The notes under the pieces are model-generated. The model saw only the letters and a list, made by a program, of their open reading frames with translations, was not told where the DNA came from and did no database searches. Shown here piece by piece: positions 38,387 to 48,235 of a stretch of DNA of 64,000 bases. The position numbers and the translations under genes are program-made. The stretch comes from Candidatus Anstonellales archaeon (GTDB taxonomy: Archaea; Micrarchaeota; Micrarchaeia; Anstonellales; J096), in assembly GCA_038890615.1 (NCBI GenBank), contig JAWAFI010000001.1, positions 304,843 to 368,842 of the forward strand, read 5' to 3'. The stretch's first letter is position 1. Every line of letters starts with the position of its first letter.

Positions 38387-39027
38387 ACTCCTAATCCATA
38401 GTAGTATCTTAACTGATTGCTTATGAATTCATCGTCCCAATATTTTGAATTATGTGCTGGCCCTCTATGCTCAAACAATGCGCGAAGGGATTTCATAACA
38501 CGATGTACGCTTTCCATGCTCATGACTTCAATGGAATAATTCATAATAGCAATCCAACCATTCTTTTGGCTCTTGTTTGCTTCCAAAGGCGGGTGCTTGA
38601 TTTCGCCTCCTATTTTGCCTCCTTCAAAAAGAGGCGGATATATCCTTGTATATTCTGTACTGCCATGTGCAAATGCGCTTACAATGATTGCGAATGCACC
38701 ATACCTCCATGCCTCGTTTGCCACTTCCAGCCCTGATTCGTCTTTTTCCATCTTAAGGTCAGTAATTACTAGGTGATAGCATCCTTTCCTTATCTTCTCC
38801 ATTGCTTCCTTACCGCTTTTTGCATATTCTACCTCAAAGGGCAATTCTCCAAAGAACTCTTTTGCAGCCTTTCTGTTTTTCTCTTTGTCGTCAACTACAA
38901 GCATCTTGCTTATCCTTTCTTTTTTAAGCCAAGAAACAATTGCCTTTGTTTCTTCGTCTAGCATAGGTTCTGCTAAAAGTTTTTTTCTTTCCTTATTGGA
39001 TCCATACTCTTTTTTCTTTTGCCTCAT
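38380..39027 (-). CDS. Orphan response-regulator receiver-domain protein
   Basis: LVVDD, A.SG.EA, LVITDL.M...SGLE, IIVSA. Confidence 0.8.
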   Translation of the reverse strand: MRQKKKEYGSNKERKKLLAEPMLDEETKAIVSWLKKERISKMLVVDDKEKNRKAAKEFFGELPFEVEYAKSGKEAMEKIRKGCYHLVITDLKMEKDESGLEVANEAWRYGAFAIIVSAFAHGSTEYTRIYPPLFEGGKIGGEIKHPPLEANKSQKNGWIAIMNYSIEVMSMESVHRVMKSLRALFEHRGPAHNSKYWDDEFISNQLRYYYGLGVY

Positions 39028-39078
39028 AAACTACATATCCCCTCAACTTTTTTAATTGTTGCCCTCTTTTAACCTCTA

Positions 39079-39193
39079 GCCAAGGTAGCTCAGCCTGCGA
39101 AGAGCGCCAGACTCATAAGAATGAGTGTTGAGCATCCTGCTATGAAAGAACTGGGCAATCTGGAGGTCGGGGGTTCAAATCCCCCCCTTGGCA
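39079..39193 (+). tRNA. tRNA-Met(CAT), probably elongator, with a 40-nt intron at 37/38 (39118-39157)
   Basis: Acceptor GCCAAGG/CCTTGGC, anticodon stem CCAGA...TCTGG, BHB central helix CUCA/UGGG with UAA and CAA bulges. Confidence 0.9.
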
Positions 39194-39775
39194 TCAGAAC
39201 AGCCTTTTCTGCATGACCCTCTCAAGCGTTTTCCACTTCTTCCTCACATAGGGCTTAAGGACTTCAAAATTGCCCTGAAGGGCTGCAATTGTTTTTTTGT
39301 CAGAGGGATAGCCGCTTCCAAAATCCACTGTTTTTCTCCTTATCTCTTCAATCTCCCTATCCCTAATTACCTTTGCAATTACAGAAGCAGCAGAAACTAT
39401 CTTGTACTTTTCGTCTGCCTTGAATGAAAGCACTATATCCCTGTCCTTTGGAAGCATGGCCCTGAACCCTTTCCTGTTTACAGAAGGCAAATCAGCATAA
39501 ATCTTTTCAGCCCTGCTTTTCCTTATCAGCTCAGCCATTGCCTTTGCCTCAAGCACATTTATGTTTTCCTTGTCTATCTCTTCAGGCATTATCTTTTTTA
39601 CAGCATAGTCGCTAGGGAGCACCTTCTTAAAGAATTCTTCCCTCTCTTCAGGGCTCATCTGCTTCGAGTCCCTGACATCCAACCTTTCCAATATCGCTTC
39701 GTTCCAAAAAATAGCAACAACAAGAGGCCCTATTACAGAACCCCTCCCTGCCTCATCCAGACCTGCCCTTGCCAT
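39194..39775 (-). CDS. rnhB: Ribonuclease HII
   Basis: GLDEAGRG.VIGP, DSK, KAD..Y..VSAAS.IAKV.RD, GSGYPSD; C-terminal PIP QKRLF. Confidence 0.96.
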   Translation of the reverse strand: MARAGLDEAGRGSVIGPLVVAIFWNEAILERLDVRDSKQMSPEEREEFFKKVLPSDYAVKKIMPEEIDKENINVLEAKAMAELIRKSRAEKIYADLPSVNRKGFRAMLPKDRDIVLSFKADEKYKIVSAASVIAKVIRDREIEEIRRKTVDFGSGYPSDKKTIAALQGNFEVLKPYVRKKWKTLERVMQKRLF

Positions 39776-39781
39776 AGGGGG

Positions 39782-40048
39782 TCAAACTTCAGAGGTTATA
39801 TTCTTCCTGTCAACGAGCACATAGTCCCCGACAGCAAGAACGCATTCATATGGGGCACACACAAGCCCATCTTCTTTCTTCATCTTTGAGGCAAGCTCGC
39901 TGTCTGGGTTTGGGTCAACAACAAGAGCCTCTATGCTCCCTGTCACTTCATTTATATTTATATCCACTACCTTTCCGAAATCTTCACCTTCATTGGTCAC
40001 AACCTTCTTTCCAGACAACTGCCTTGCAATAGCGTACTTTCCAGCCAT
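39782..40048 (-). CDS. PRC-barrel protein (CdpB-like)
   Basis: L.GK.V.T..G...G.V.D..IN..TG.I, P...V.AVGD.V.V. Confidence 0.85.
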   Translation of the reverse strand: MAGKYAIARQLSGKKVVTNEGEDFGKVVDININEVTGSIEALVVDPNPDSELASKMKKEDGLVCAPYECVLAVGDYVLVDRKNITSEV

Positions 40049-40109
40049 ATGATCACCGCTGCTTTTTCTACTTCTCCTTATTCATTTTTAAATCTTTGCT
40101 ATTCCTTCC

Positions 40110-41270
40110 TCACTCAACGACTGCATAAGCTGAGAGCCTCCACATATGGCCTATCTTCCTGCTTATGGCAACCTTATTGCCCTTCTCAACCCATACAGGG
40201 TACTTAAGCCTTATCTCTGCGGAGTGCTTCTTTATCTTGTCAACAAACCCTATCGTTGTGGCTGTGTTTACAGAAACCACAACCTGCTCTGAAGGCGTAA
40301 GCCCCTTGTTTTCAAAGTCCTTCCTATCAAGCATATGCACCTTGACTTTTAGCAGGTCCACAGGGTCTTCTATCTCGCCATCCCTTCCTATCACAATCCC
40401 AACCATCTTGTCTTTCTTTGTGATTGCCGGGTCCAATTCAGTGCCCACAGCTATCAGCCCTCCAGGGGTTGCTTCCTCAAGCCTCTCGTTTTCCTCTGCA
40501 AGCGAGGTTATCCTAAACCTCTTTACTATATGGCCGCTGCTCTTTACAATATCCCCTTTTCTAAGCACCCCCCTTGCCAGGCTCCCTCCTATTACCCCTC
40601 CTACAAGCTTTTCAGGAGGGGTGCCTGGCTTGTTCACATCAAATGACCTAACAATAAACATCTTTGGGGGGGCATTAATATCCCTCTTTGGCGTCTTTAT
40701 GTTGCTCTCTATCGCCTCAACCAGCTTGTCAATGTTTATCTTGTGTATAGCAGCTACTGGGACTATTGGGGCATCAACACCATTTTCTGACAGGAAATTC
40801 TTTATCTCTCTATAGCTTTCATATGCCCTCTCCTTGCTAACTAAGTCAAGCTTTGTCTGCACAACCACTACATTCCTTATTCCCATGACTTTTAGTATGA
40901 GCATATGCTCGATTGTCTGCGGCTGAGGGCATTTTTCGTTTGCTGATATTAAGAAAAGCACCCCATCCATAAGCGCTGAGCCTGAAATAGCAGTAGTCAT
41001 AAGCGCTTCATGCCCAGGCGAATCCAACAAAGATATCCTTCTTTTTGGCTCAAGCTTCTTTTTGCACTTAGGGCATTTTGGCTTTACCGACCACGCATTG
41101 CACGCTTCGCAGTAATGTGATTCAAACGTTGCATACCCAAGCTTTATGCTGATGCCTCTTTTCATCTCTTCGCTGTGTGTATCTGTCCATTTGCCTGTCA
41201 GGGCTTCAACAAGGGTGGTTTTTCCATGGTCGACATGCCCAAGAATACCTACATTTATTTCAGATTGCAA
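40110..41270 (-). CDS. eif2g: Translation initiation factor 2 gamma subunit
   Basis: GHVDHGKTT, RGISIKLGYA, D.PGHE, RSFDVNKPG. Confidence 0.97.
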   Translation of the reverse strand: MQSEINVGILGHVDHGKTTLVEALTGKWTDTHSEEMKRGISIKLGYATFESHYCEACNAWSVKPKCPKCKKKLEPKRRISLLDSPGHEALMTTAISGSALMDGVLFLISANEKCPQPQTIEHMLILKVMGIRNVVVVQTKLDLVSKERAYESYREIKNFLSENGVDAPIVPVAAIHKINIDKLVEAIESNIKTPKRDINAPPKMFIVRSFDVNKPGTPPEKLVGGVIGGSLARGVLRKGDIVKSSGHIVKRFRITSLAEENERLEEATPGGLIAVGTELDPAITKKDKMVGIVIGRDGEIEDPVDLLKVKVHMLDRKDFENKGLTPSEQVVVSVNTATTIGFVDKIKKHSAEIRLKYPVWVEKGNKVAISRKIGHMWRLSAYAVVE

Positions 41271-41669
41271 CTAATCTCCCTCTTTCCCCCCTTCCTTCTT
41301 TTCCTGCTTGGGCATCAACTCGTCAAGCTTCTGGATTCCTTCTTGCTTGACAATGCAGTTTAGTTGGCTTATGTCTTCTCCAACAATGTTCCCCCTTATC
41401 CTTTTTCTCTTCCTTTCCCCTTTTTTCCCTCTGAAACCAACCCCAGGGGAAAGGAAAGCGCTTGAAGAGCCAGCACCCTTCACATCTGCCCTCATAGGGG
41501 CCCCTGTGCTGTCGCTCCCTCCTGTTATTACTAGTATATACCCTGGAAGCCCAACCATTCCGCCATCTATCTCATCCCCTATTTTTTTGCCTCGGAGCGC
41601 CATGACCTCGCTTTCGCTTAGCTCTTTTGAATATGCCTTCCCTTGCTTTGTGCCAACTACTATCTTCAT
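41271..41669 (-). CDS. rps6e: 30S ribosomal protein S6e
   Basis: ITGGSD..G.PMR, GERKRKR.RGN, QLN. Confidence 0.95.
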   Translation of the reverse strand: MKIVVGTKQGKAYSKELSESEVMALRGKKIGDEIDGGMVGLPGYILVITGGSDSTGAPMRADVKGAGSSSAFLSPGVGFRGKKGERKRKRIRGNIVGEDISQLNCIVKQEGIQKLDELMPKQEKKEGGKEGD

Positions 41670-41735
41670 TATATCTACCGAATAAAAATAAAAAAGAAGA
41701 GTTTAAAAAACTGATGGCAAAGATGCAACGTTTTA

Positions 41736-41957
41736 TTATGCGTTCTTCATCTTCACTCTGTATACATGGCCGTCTGTCTTGACGAAGTAAAGCCAGCCAG
41801 CCTCTTTCTTCATATATTCAGAGCCGACTTTGAGCTTCCTTCCTCCTTTGTTGTGCTTCATGGGCACTCTCCATACATACCCATCATTGGCCAGGTAATA
41901 CAGATATCCTTTCTCTACTTGCACAGGCTTTGTAGAAACCCTTTCATGCTTTCCCAT
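41736..41957 (-). CDS. Small basic protein with an internal duplication
   Basis: SD GGTGA; two repeats of E.G[YW]LY[YF]...DG.V.RV.MK. Confidence 0.75.
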   Translation of the reverse strand: MGKHERVSTKPVQVEKGYLYYLANDGYVWRVPMKHNKGGRKLKVGSEYMKKEAGWLYFVKTDGHVYRVKMKNA

Positions 41958-42058
41958 CATATCACCGAGAGTTATAAGAGAGAAAAGGTTTAAAAGCCTT
42001 TCTCTCGGCACCTATCTCGAAGATCATGACACATTTATTCTTCCTTGACACATTAACT

Positions 42059-43105
42059 TCAGGCAAAATACCACACATACTCCCTTAGCTTTGAAGCTGA
42101 GCAATGCTTCTCAAGCAGCTTGCTCCTTTCCTCCATCTCCTTCCTCTTCGCCCAGATAGCAGCCCTGCTCCTTAAAAGCTGTGGGAAATTGATCCTTCCA
42201 CTTGAATTCCTGAAAGCAGGCATTCCTGCTACAAGAGCAGACCTGTACCTAAGCATCTTCCAGCTGCTTTTTGTCCTAGCGTTGTATAGCGTAGAAAGAG
42301 CAAGCAGATCCAATGCTTGAGCTAGCTCAATCTTCCTGAAAAAAACAGGAGCGTTCTCAAGCAGCCAAGGCTCTGCATCATCGAGAGAAACAGCGCCCCA
42401 AACAGTATTCAATGCTTCCCTCATGCTTCTCGCTCTCATGAATTCCCCTACATAAGAAAACATGTCTTGCTTAATGTCCCTGCCCCTACCAGCCATGCCT
42501 TCCAAGCTGTTCAATGCTGCCCTTACATCGCCGTTGCTTTGTGCAGCTATGGCTTCTATATCCTGCTGCCCAATGCTTATCCCTTCTTTTCTTGCCACGC
42601 TCGCAAGCAGCTTTGCTATCTCTTTTTCAGAAACCCTGCTGAACTTCACTGCCTTTGCGCCTTCCCTCAGAACCTCAAATCCTCTAGCCCAAATGTCTTG
42701 GAGGGTCATTATAAGAGGCACCTTTTTCTCCTTTGCTTTATTCATTATTTCTTTCAGTATAGATCCAACACCTCCTCTATTTGGCTGGAGGCAGTCTACA
42801 TCATCAAAAAGCACAGCCCTCCTTCCTGCGAAAAGCCCCCTTGCATCAAGCGAGCTGCTTATCCTTTCCACATCATCAATTCCTTCTATTGAACCCGGCT
42901 CAACCCTTACTAAATCCCAGCCCATCTCTCTTATTATTGCAATGGCAGCGCTGCTTTTGCCAGTGCCAGGCGGCCCATAAAGCACAAGCGGATACGCTTC
43001 ACCTTTTGCATATGCATCCATCCATTCATTGCATTCTTGGACAGCTTTGAAGTTGCCCACAATCCCTTCAAGATTTTCAGGCCTGTATTTTTCAGCCAGC
43101 ATCAT
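42059..43105 (-). CDS. rfcL: Replication factor C large subunit (short)
   Basis: EKYRP, GPPGTGKS, DDVD, GDVRAALN, W..LRY. Confidence 0.85.
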   Translation of the reverse strand: MMLAEKYRPENLEGIVGNFKAVQECNEWMDAYAKGEAYPLVLYGPPGTGKSSAAIAIIREMGWDLVRVEPGSIEGIDDVERISSSLDARGLFAGRRAVLFDDVDCLQPNRGGVGSILKEIMNKAKEKKVPLIMTLQDIWARGFEVLREGAKAVKFSRVSEKEIAKLLASVARKEGISIGQQDIEAIAAQSNGDVRAALNSLEGMAGRGRDIKQDMFSYVGEFMRARSMREALNTVWGAVSLDDAEPWLLENAPVFFRKIELAQALDLLALSTLYNARTKSSWKMLRYRSALVAGMPAFRNSSGRINFPQLLRSRAAIWAKRKEMEERSKLLEKHCSASKLREYVWYFA

Positions 43106-43145
43106 AGATATAAACAACCTTTAAAAATAAGATCCTACTATTATC

Positions 43146-46100
43146 ATGCACACACGAGCTCTGTTTCTTGTTTTTCTTATTGCCCTTTCATTCTCAGCAT
43201 ATACTCATGACAGGCCGTGGAATGAGCCATATTATTCAGAATACTGCCCTTATGTAATTTCAATCCCCTATTTCCCAGAGATATGGGATGTGAAGGCAAT
43301 GACACCCCCGCTTGATTCCCTAAACCTAAGCAGGGTTGCCTATGGGCCAGAGGTTTCAAAGGAAATAGAATCAGCGCGGAAGAGCTACGGGAATGCAAAG
43401 GAAGTTTATACTTGGAGCATAACATGCTCCCTATCTTGCTTTCCAGGCCTTCCTTCAAACATAGTGTTCATACTTGAAAAGGTGGTATTTGAGCGAAGCG
43501 CGCCTACCCAATCAGATTTCAGGGAGTTGCTAAACTATGGCATTGACCTTATATTGCAGGCAATAAGCCCCTACCTTGCTTACCCATCATACTGGAAGGG
43601 CACTGCAAACAGCGCCCTTGATGCCCTTGACAAAAGCTTCCAGATAAATGACATGGAATGGGGCAGGGTTTACTCATTGTACAGGGAAATGGACTATATG
43701 GGGCTGTGCAATGCTGATTACCTTGGGCCTGCATCCGCTGAATGCAAGTATTCAAGGCAAATGCTTTCTGCTCTAGGGCATACAGACGCTGGCAGGGCTG
43801 GCTCTTATTCCCGCGCCTTCTCCCACTTGAACAAACTCACACAATCTTTCTACAGCCAGAAGCCAGACTTCTCTTCTTACTCATTGGCAATGGAGGAGCT
43901 GTGGGGCCCAAATGGAAGCATAATTTACGCCCGCGAAATCCAAAGCCAGTCCTCTTCAGCCATAGAATCAGCCAAGGATTCGTTAAAAAGCGAGGAATTT
44001 TCTGCCGAATCCCTTTCCTCCCAAGCCAAGTCATCTCTTAAGAAGCTAAAGGACGAGAAGGTTGGGCTCATAGCATCCCCAAGAGAGGTTTCAACAGTCC
44101 AGCAGCAAAGCTTCTTGGCTTCAATGCAGTCCTTTGAGGATGCTATCCAGGCAGGAGATTCCCACATGTCATATGCCAAAAAGCTCCAATCCGAAAAGCC
44201 GCGCGGCTGGCTCGCAGAATCAATGCAGAACCTGCAGGAAGCAAAGCTCCTATATTCGCGGGTCGCATCAGAAAGCCCTGCTCTTCTTGCTGATGCCCGC
44301 TCTGCAGTTTCTTCAAAAAGGCAAGATGCCATGTCAGCAACAGCCGAGCTGTACAATATGCAGCTTTCTCTTAGGCAAAAGGAAAGGCTTGAAGCGCTCA
44401 ACTCATCGCTTCTCTCATCTGAATCCCTGCCTCTTGGCGACCAATACTTATTATATGAAAATATTATCAAGGAATGCAAAACAATAAATGAAGAGGCAAA
44501 GAGCGGCAGCATAGCTGTGCTTTCCTACAAACTCAGCTCGCTGCGAGAGCTTATGGAAAAGGCAAAGAAAGATGGCATTCCAATTCAAGAAGAGGAGCAG
44601 CGCCTTGCCCTGCTGGAGGAAATGGGCCCAACAGAAGATGGGATTCAAAGCATACAAGATTCAATAATCCTCAAGGCCTCAATAAAGTACGCAGAAGTGC
44701 CCTTCCTGCGCGAGCAGGTGCTTTCCTACCTTTCCACAGGGGCATTCCCAGACCTGCAGGCAAAAGTCAGGCAGAAAGAGCGTGGCTTAGTGTACGATAG
44801 CTTCTCTTTTGAGCTTGCCTTGGGGAGCCTTCATGCGCTTGAAGCGTTCTACATTGAAACTCTGGAGGAGATTGAAGGGCGAAAAGGAGAGATAGCGCTC
44901 TCTTCCCTAATATTGGAGCACAGCTCACGCCCAATAGTTGCAACCCTTGATTCCCCTTCTCTGGTTTCTGCCTACATAGTTGCCACGAACCCGACTGATT
45001 ATTATGCTTCAGGGGCATCAGCCTCAATCCCATTCCCGCTCCAGGTAATCTCTTCTGACCTTCAAAATGTGAAAACATTTTCATACAAGAGTGGCACCCT
45101 AAACCTCTACTTTGATGTTGCGCCCCACGAATCAAAAACAATAAAGGTTTCTAAGGAAGCAGTGCTTGCTTCCACAATAAAAATAGAAACAATGGCAGAA
45201 GGCAAATATGGGAATGCATACGTTGATGAGGAGCGCTCAATATTCTTGGAGATAGACTGCGATGCACTGGAGATACCGCTAACTGATGAAGGAACTATAG
45301 ACGGAGTCCCATTTTACAACTCTATCATGGCTAAGCCAATAAAGCAGGGAAAGCACACGCTCTCCTTTTCCTACGTTGTGCCAAATGCCTACAATGTGGA
45401 GTATACCAGTGTCTCTGCAACGCCCGTATCAGGAGGCACCTACTTCTCCTACACAATAACCCTAACCCCGCATATGGATTTGGATGTAGCTTACCTTCCA
45501 ATAGAATACGGAGCCAATGCAGAGCCTATATCTTACCATGAGATTGAAACAGCCGCTTCCTACGTGGTGATAGCCAAAGTGCACAACGGGGAGCAGGCAA
45601 AGGTGCGAATCTTTTGGACAGCAGAAAATATAAGCAGCGAAATAGATTCCCTTGAATCCCAGCTTAGCTTGCTGAACCTTACAGAATCCGAGCAGTTCCA
45701 ATTTGACCAAATAGAGCTTATGGCAGACAGCGCTGAGAAGGCGAAGCTTCTCCTTTCGCTGAAAAAGGCAGTTGACAAGCGCCTTCTTGAAGAAGCGAAA
45801 AAGGCAGCCCAGCTTGAGCAGGAGCAGGAAGCCCTCTCCTCATTAATAAGCCGCTACTCATCCGCACTTTCGCTTGCCAACTCGCTTGGCGAGAAGACCC
45901 TTTCCCCAACCATTTCTGCAGACCTTTCGGCGCTTATTGAAGCCAACCGCACAGGGGCCAAGGTTGACTTCTCAATAGAAAAGAGAAGGATAAAGGAATT
46001 CAAAGAAGCCCTTTACAATTACTATTATTCGCTCAAGGAAAAATCCTATGGCTGCAATTCCTCTCTTTCAAGCGCTGATTCCTTATTCTCATCGCTGGAG

Positions 46101-46655
46101 CTTTCCCCATCACTTGAAACTGCTGTGCGCATAAGCTCAATCCTAGAGGCAACAGAGCGCGAGCTCTCTTCTTGCCAGCCACTGCCCCAACCAGAAACCC
46201 CTGCAGCTTCGCTTTTGAAAGAAGTGGAATCCCTTATATCGCGATATAACAACGAGTTTGCTGATGCAAAGGAGCTGGGCCTAACCTCCCTACTTCCCTA
46301 CACAACACAAGGGGTTGAATCAAGCTACCAAAAGGCAAAGAAAGCAGGGGAAGCAGAGCTACAGCGCTTCAAGGAGCTTCTTTCCTCGGTTATGGAACGG
46401 CTGGAGGAAAAGGCAGAGTCTTCTGCCTCTTCCCTTGAAAAATTGGGCATCGACTCATCAAGAGTAAGAGACCATATAAAAGAAGGCCGATACATAAAAG
46501 CAATAGCAGCTGCACAATCCCTCTTAAGCTCAAGGGGCAAGGACAACAATCTTCTAATCATAGGTGCAGTTGCACTGGTTGTGCTTGGAGCCGTTGCTTT
46601 CCTGTACATGAAAGGGAGCAAGGAAAAAGAATTAAGGAGGCTAAAGAAAATCTGA
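43146..46655 (+). CDS. Large exported protein (1169 aa) with coiled-coil and beta-rich regions and a C-terminal TM anchor
   Basis: Signal peptide; C-terminal LLIIGAVALVVLGAVAFLY followed by a basic tail. Confidence 0.75.
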   Translation: MHTRALFLVFLIALSFSAYTHDRPWNEPYYSEYCPYVISIPYFPEIWDVKAMTPPLDSLNLSRVAYGPEVSKEIESARKSYGNAKEVYTWSITCSLSCFPGLPSNIVFILEKVVFERSAPTQSDFRELLNYGIDLILQAISPYLAYPSYWKGTANSALDALDKSFQINDMEWGRVYSLYREMDYMGLCNADYLGPASAECKYSRQMLSALGHTDAGRAGSYSRAFSHLNKLTQSFYSQKPDFSSYSLAMEELWGPNGSIIYAREIQSQSSSAIESAKDSLKSEEFSAESLSSQAKSSLKKLKDEKVGLIASPREVSTVQQQSFLASMQSFEDAIQAGDSHMSYAKKLQSEKPRGWLAESMQNLQEAKLLYSRVASESPALLADARSAVSSKRQDAMSATAELYNMQLSLRQKERLEALNSSLLSSESLPLGDQYLLYENIIKECKTINEEAKSGSIAVLSYKLSSLRELMEKAKKDGIPIQEEEQRLALLEEMGPTEDGIQSIQDSIILKASIKYAEVPFLREQVLSYLSTGAFPDLQAKVRQKERGLVYDSFSFELALGSLHALEAFYIETLEEIEGRKGEIALSSLILEHSSRPIVATLDSPSLVSAYIVATNPTDYYASGASASIPFPLQVISSDLQNVKTFSYKSGTLNLYFDVAPHESKTIKVSKEAVLASTIKIETMAEGKYGNAYVDEERSIFLEIDCDALEIPLTDEGTIDGVPFYNSIMAKPIKQGKHTLSFSYVVPNAYNVEYTSVSATPVSGGTYFSYTITLTPHMDLDVAYLPIEYGANAEPISYHEIETAASYVVIAKVHNGEQAKVRIFWTAENISSEIDSLESQLSLLNLTESEQFQFDQIELMADSAEKAKLLLSLKKAVDKRLLEEAKKAAQLEQEQEALSSLISRYSSALSLANSLGEKTLSPTISADLSALIEANRTGAKVDFSIEKRRIKEFKEALYNYYYSLKEKSYGCNSSLSSADSLFSSLELSPSLETAVRISSILEATERELSSCQPLPQPETPAASLLKEVESLISRYNNEFADAKELGLTSLLPYTTQGVESSYQKAKKAGEAELQRFKELLSSVMERLEEKAESSASSLEKLGIDSSRVRDHIKEGRYIKAIAAAQSLLSSRGKDNNLLIIGAVALVVLGAVAFLYMKGSKEKELRRLKKI

Positions 46656-48107
46656 TATAGTTGTTTGGCCCTTTCTCTTAACTTCTTTTGGGGCTTCCTT
46701 TGCTCCAACAACCCTATCCCTGCTAGCCCTGCCATCCATCTCCTTCCTCATCCTTCCAAGTATGCTCTTCATCTTCTTCTCTTTGGTGAACGAAGCCCAA
46801 TAATGGAATTCGTCCCTGGTGCCCTCGCTCATGAGCACATAAACCTTCCCATCCATGAACCTTCCTGCCCTCCCTCTTCTTTGTATTGTCCTTATCTCGC
46901 TTGGTATCGGCTCGTAAAAAACCACCACATCAACCTTCGGTATATCAAGCCCTTCTTCGCCTATAGAGCTCGCAACCATTATGTCAATCTCCCCGCTCCT
47001 GAACCTGCTTATTACCTCCTCTTGCTTCTTCCTGCTGTATCCCTCTTTTTTGCCTATGAAAACCTCTGCCTTTATTCCTTTCTCCTTAAGTTTTTCCACT
47101 ATGTGCCTGACCTGCTCCCTATATTGCGCAAAAATTATGACCTTCTTGCCTCTTATCCTTTCAACCAGTTCCAAAAGCTTGCCCATCTTTGGGTGCTCCA
47201 TTCCCTTTAGCCTTTTTTCAATCTCAATGACCTTAGGATGCCTTGACACTATTGCTGCGCTTTTGCCCTGCTTTGCCCTTAGCCCATCAAGGTACTTTAA
47301 GAAAGCATGCACGCTCTCTGTTTCAAGGAGCTCAAGCATGTGGTTCAGGTGGAGCGCAACATTGTAATTCACAAGGAGCCTATACTTCATCCCGTGCTGT
47401 ATGCCCATTATCTTCTTTCCAACTTCAATAAGCTTTGCCTTTGATTTCAATGGAAGGGGGAAGCCGGCTTCGCTCATTAGCTTGGCATAATGCTCTAGCA
47501 ACCCCTTAAGCTCCTTTATTTCAGCTGCTATTGGCCCTAAACCAACCTTTACCCACTCTATCTCTATGTTCTTTACATAGCCTTTGACATCCTCATCGCT
47601 TGCTGCCCTTATCTCTATGTTTTTTATCTTTAGGTTCTTGACCACTTCTTCAATCCTTGCTTTCTTGCCTCCTGGGGATGCTGTGAGTGCCAGGAAAAGG
47701 CAGTCAAACTTCTGCGCAATCTCAACATATGCGTAATCACCTACAGCCCTGTGCGCTTCATCAAAAACTATCAGTGAGGCATCCTTTACTAGGCCTTTCC
47801 TCATGTCATTCCTTACTGTTTGGGGCGTTGCAAATATTGCTTCACATTTCCACAAATCCTCCCTATTCCTGCTTTCACCAGTTATAAGCACGCCTTCCTT
47901 CCCTGTGAGCTCCCTATAAGATTGCCAATGCTGCTCGCAAAGGGGCTTGGTAGGGGCCATGAATATGCATCTTCCTCCAACCCTTTCCATAACTGCAAAA
48001 GCAACAAGGGTTTTCCCAAGCCCAGTAGGCAGCACAACAAGCGTGTTTCCCTTGCTGAGAGCAGATTCAACGATATTTTTTTGGTATTCCCTCAATTCAG
48101 CCTTCAC
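46641..48107 (-). CDS. hef: Hef/FANCM-like DEAH helicase without the ERCC4 nuclease domain
   Basis: LPTGLGKT, DEAHRA.G.YAY, LTASPG, GEEGLDI, IQR.GRAGR; ends in PIP QTTISDF. Confidence 0.9.
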   Translation of the reverse strand: MKAELREYQKNIVESALSKGNTLVVLPTGLGKTLVAFAVMERVGGRCIFMAPTKPLCEQHWQSYRELTGKEGVLITGESRNREDLWKCEAIFATPQTVRNDMRKGLVKDASLIVFDEAHRAVGDYAYVEIAQKFDCLFLALTASPGGKKARIEEVVKNLKIKNIEIRAASDEDVKGYVKNIEIEWVKVGLGPIAAEIKELKGLLEHYAKLMSEAGFPLPLKSKAKLIEVGKKIMGIQHGMKYRLLVNYNVALHLNHMLELLETESVHAFLKYLDGLRAKQGKSAAIVSRHPKVIEIEKRLKGMEHPKMGKLLELVERIRGKKVIIFAQYREQVRHIVEKLKEKGIKAEVFIGKKEGYSRKKQEEVISRFRSGEIDIMVASSIGEEGLDIPKVDVVVFYEPIPSEIRTIQRRGRAGRFMDGKVYVLMSEGTRDEFHYWASFTKEKKMKSILGRMRKEMDGRASRDRVVGAKEAPKEVKRKGQTTISDFL

Positions 48108-48162
48108 AAAGCAATAACTCAGTTATATTTAAAAAAGCCAACTCTTCTTATAAAAAGCAGGA

Positions 48163-48234
48163 GCGGCTGTAGTCTAGTCGGTAGGATATAACCTTGCCAA
48201 GGTTAAGACCCGGGTTCAAATCCCGGCAGCCGCA
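48163..48234 (+). tRNA. tRNA-Gly(GCC)
   Basis: Acceptor GCGGCTG/CAGCCGC, anticodon arm TAACC-TTGCCAA-GGTTA. Confidence 0.97.
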
Positions 48235-48235
48235 T

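Noticed and set aside
39118..39157. Box C/D guide RNA inside the tRNA-Met intron
   Set aside because: The boxes are too degenerate (no RUGAUGA or CUGA) and the intron is short.
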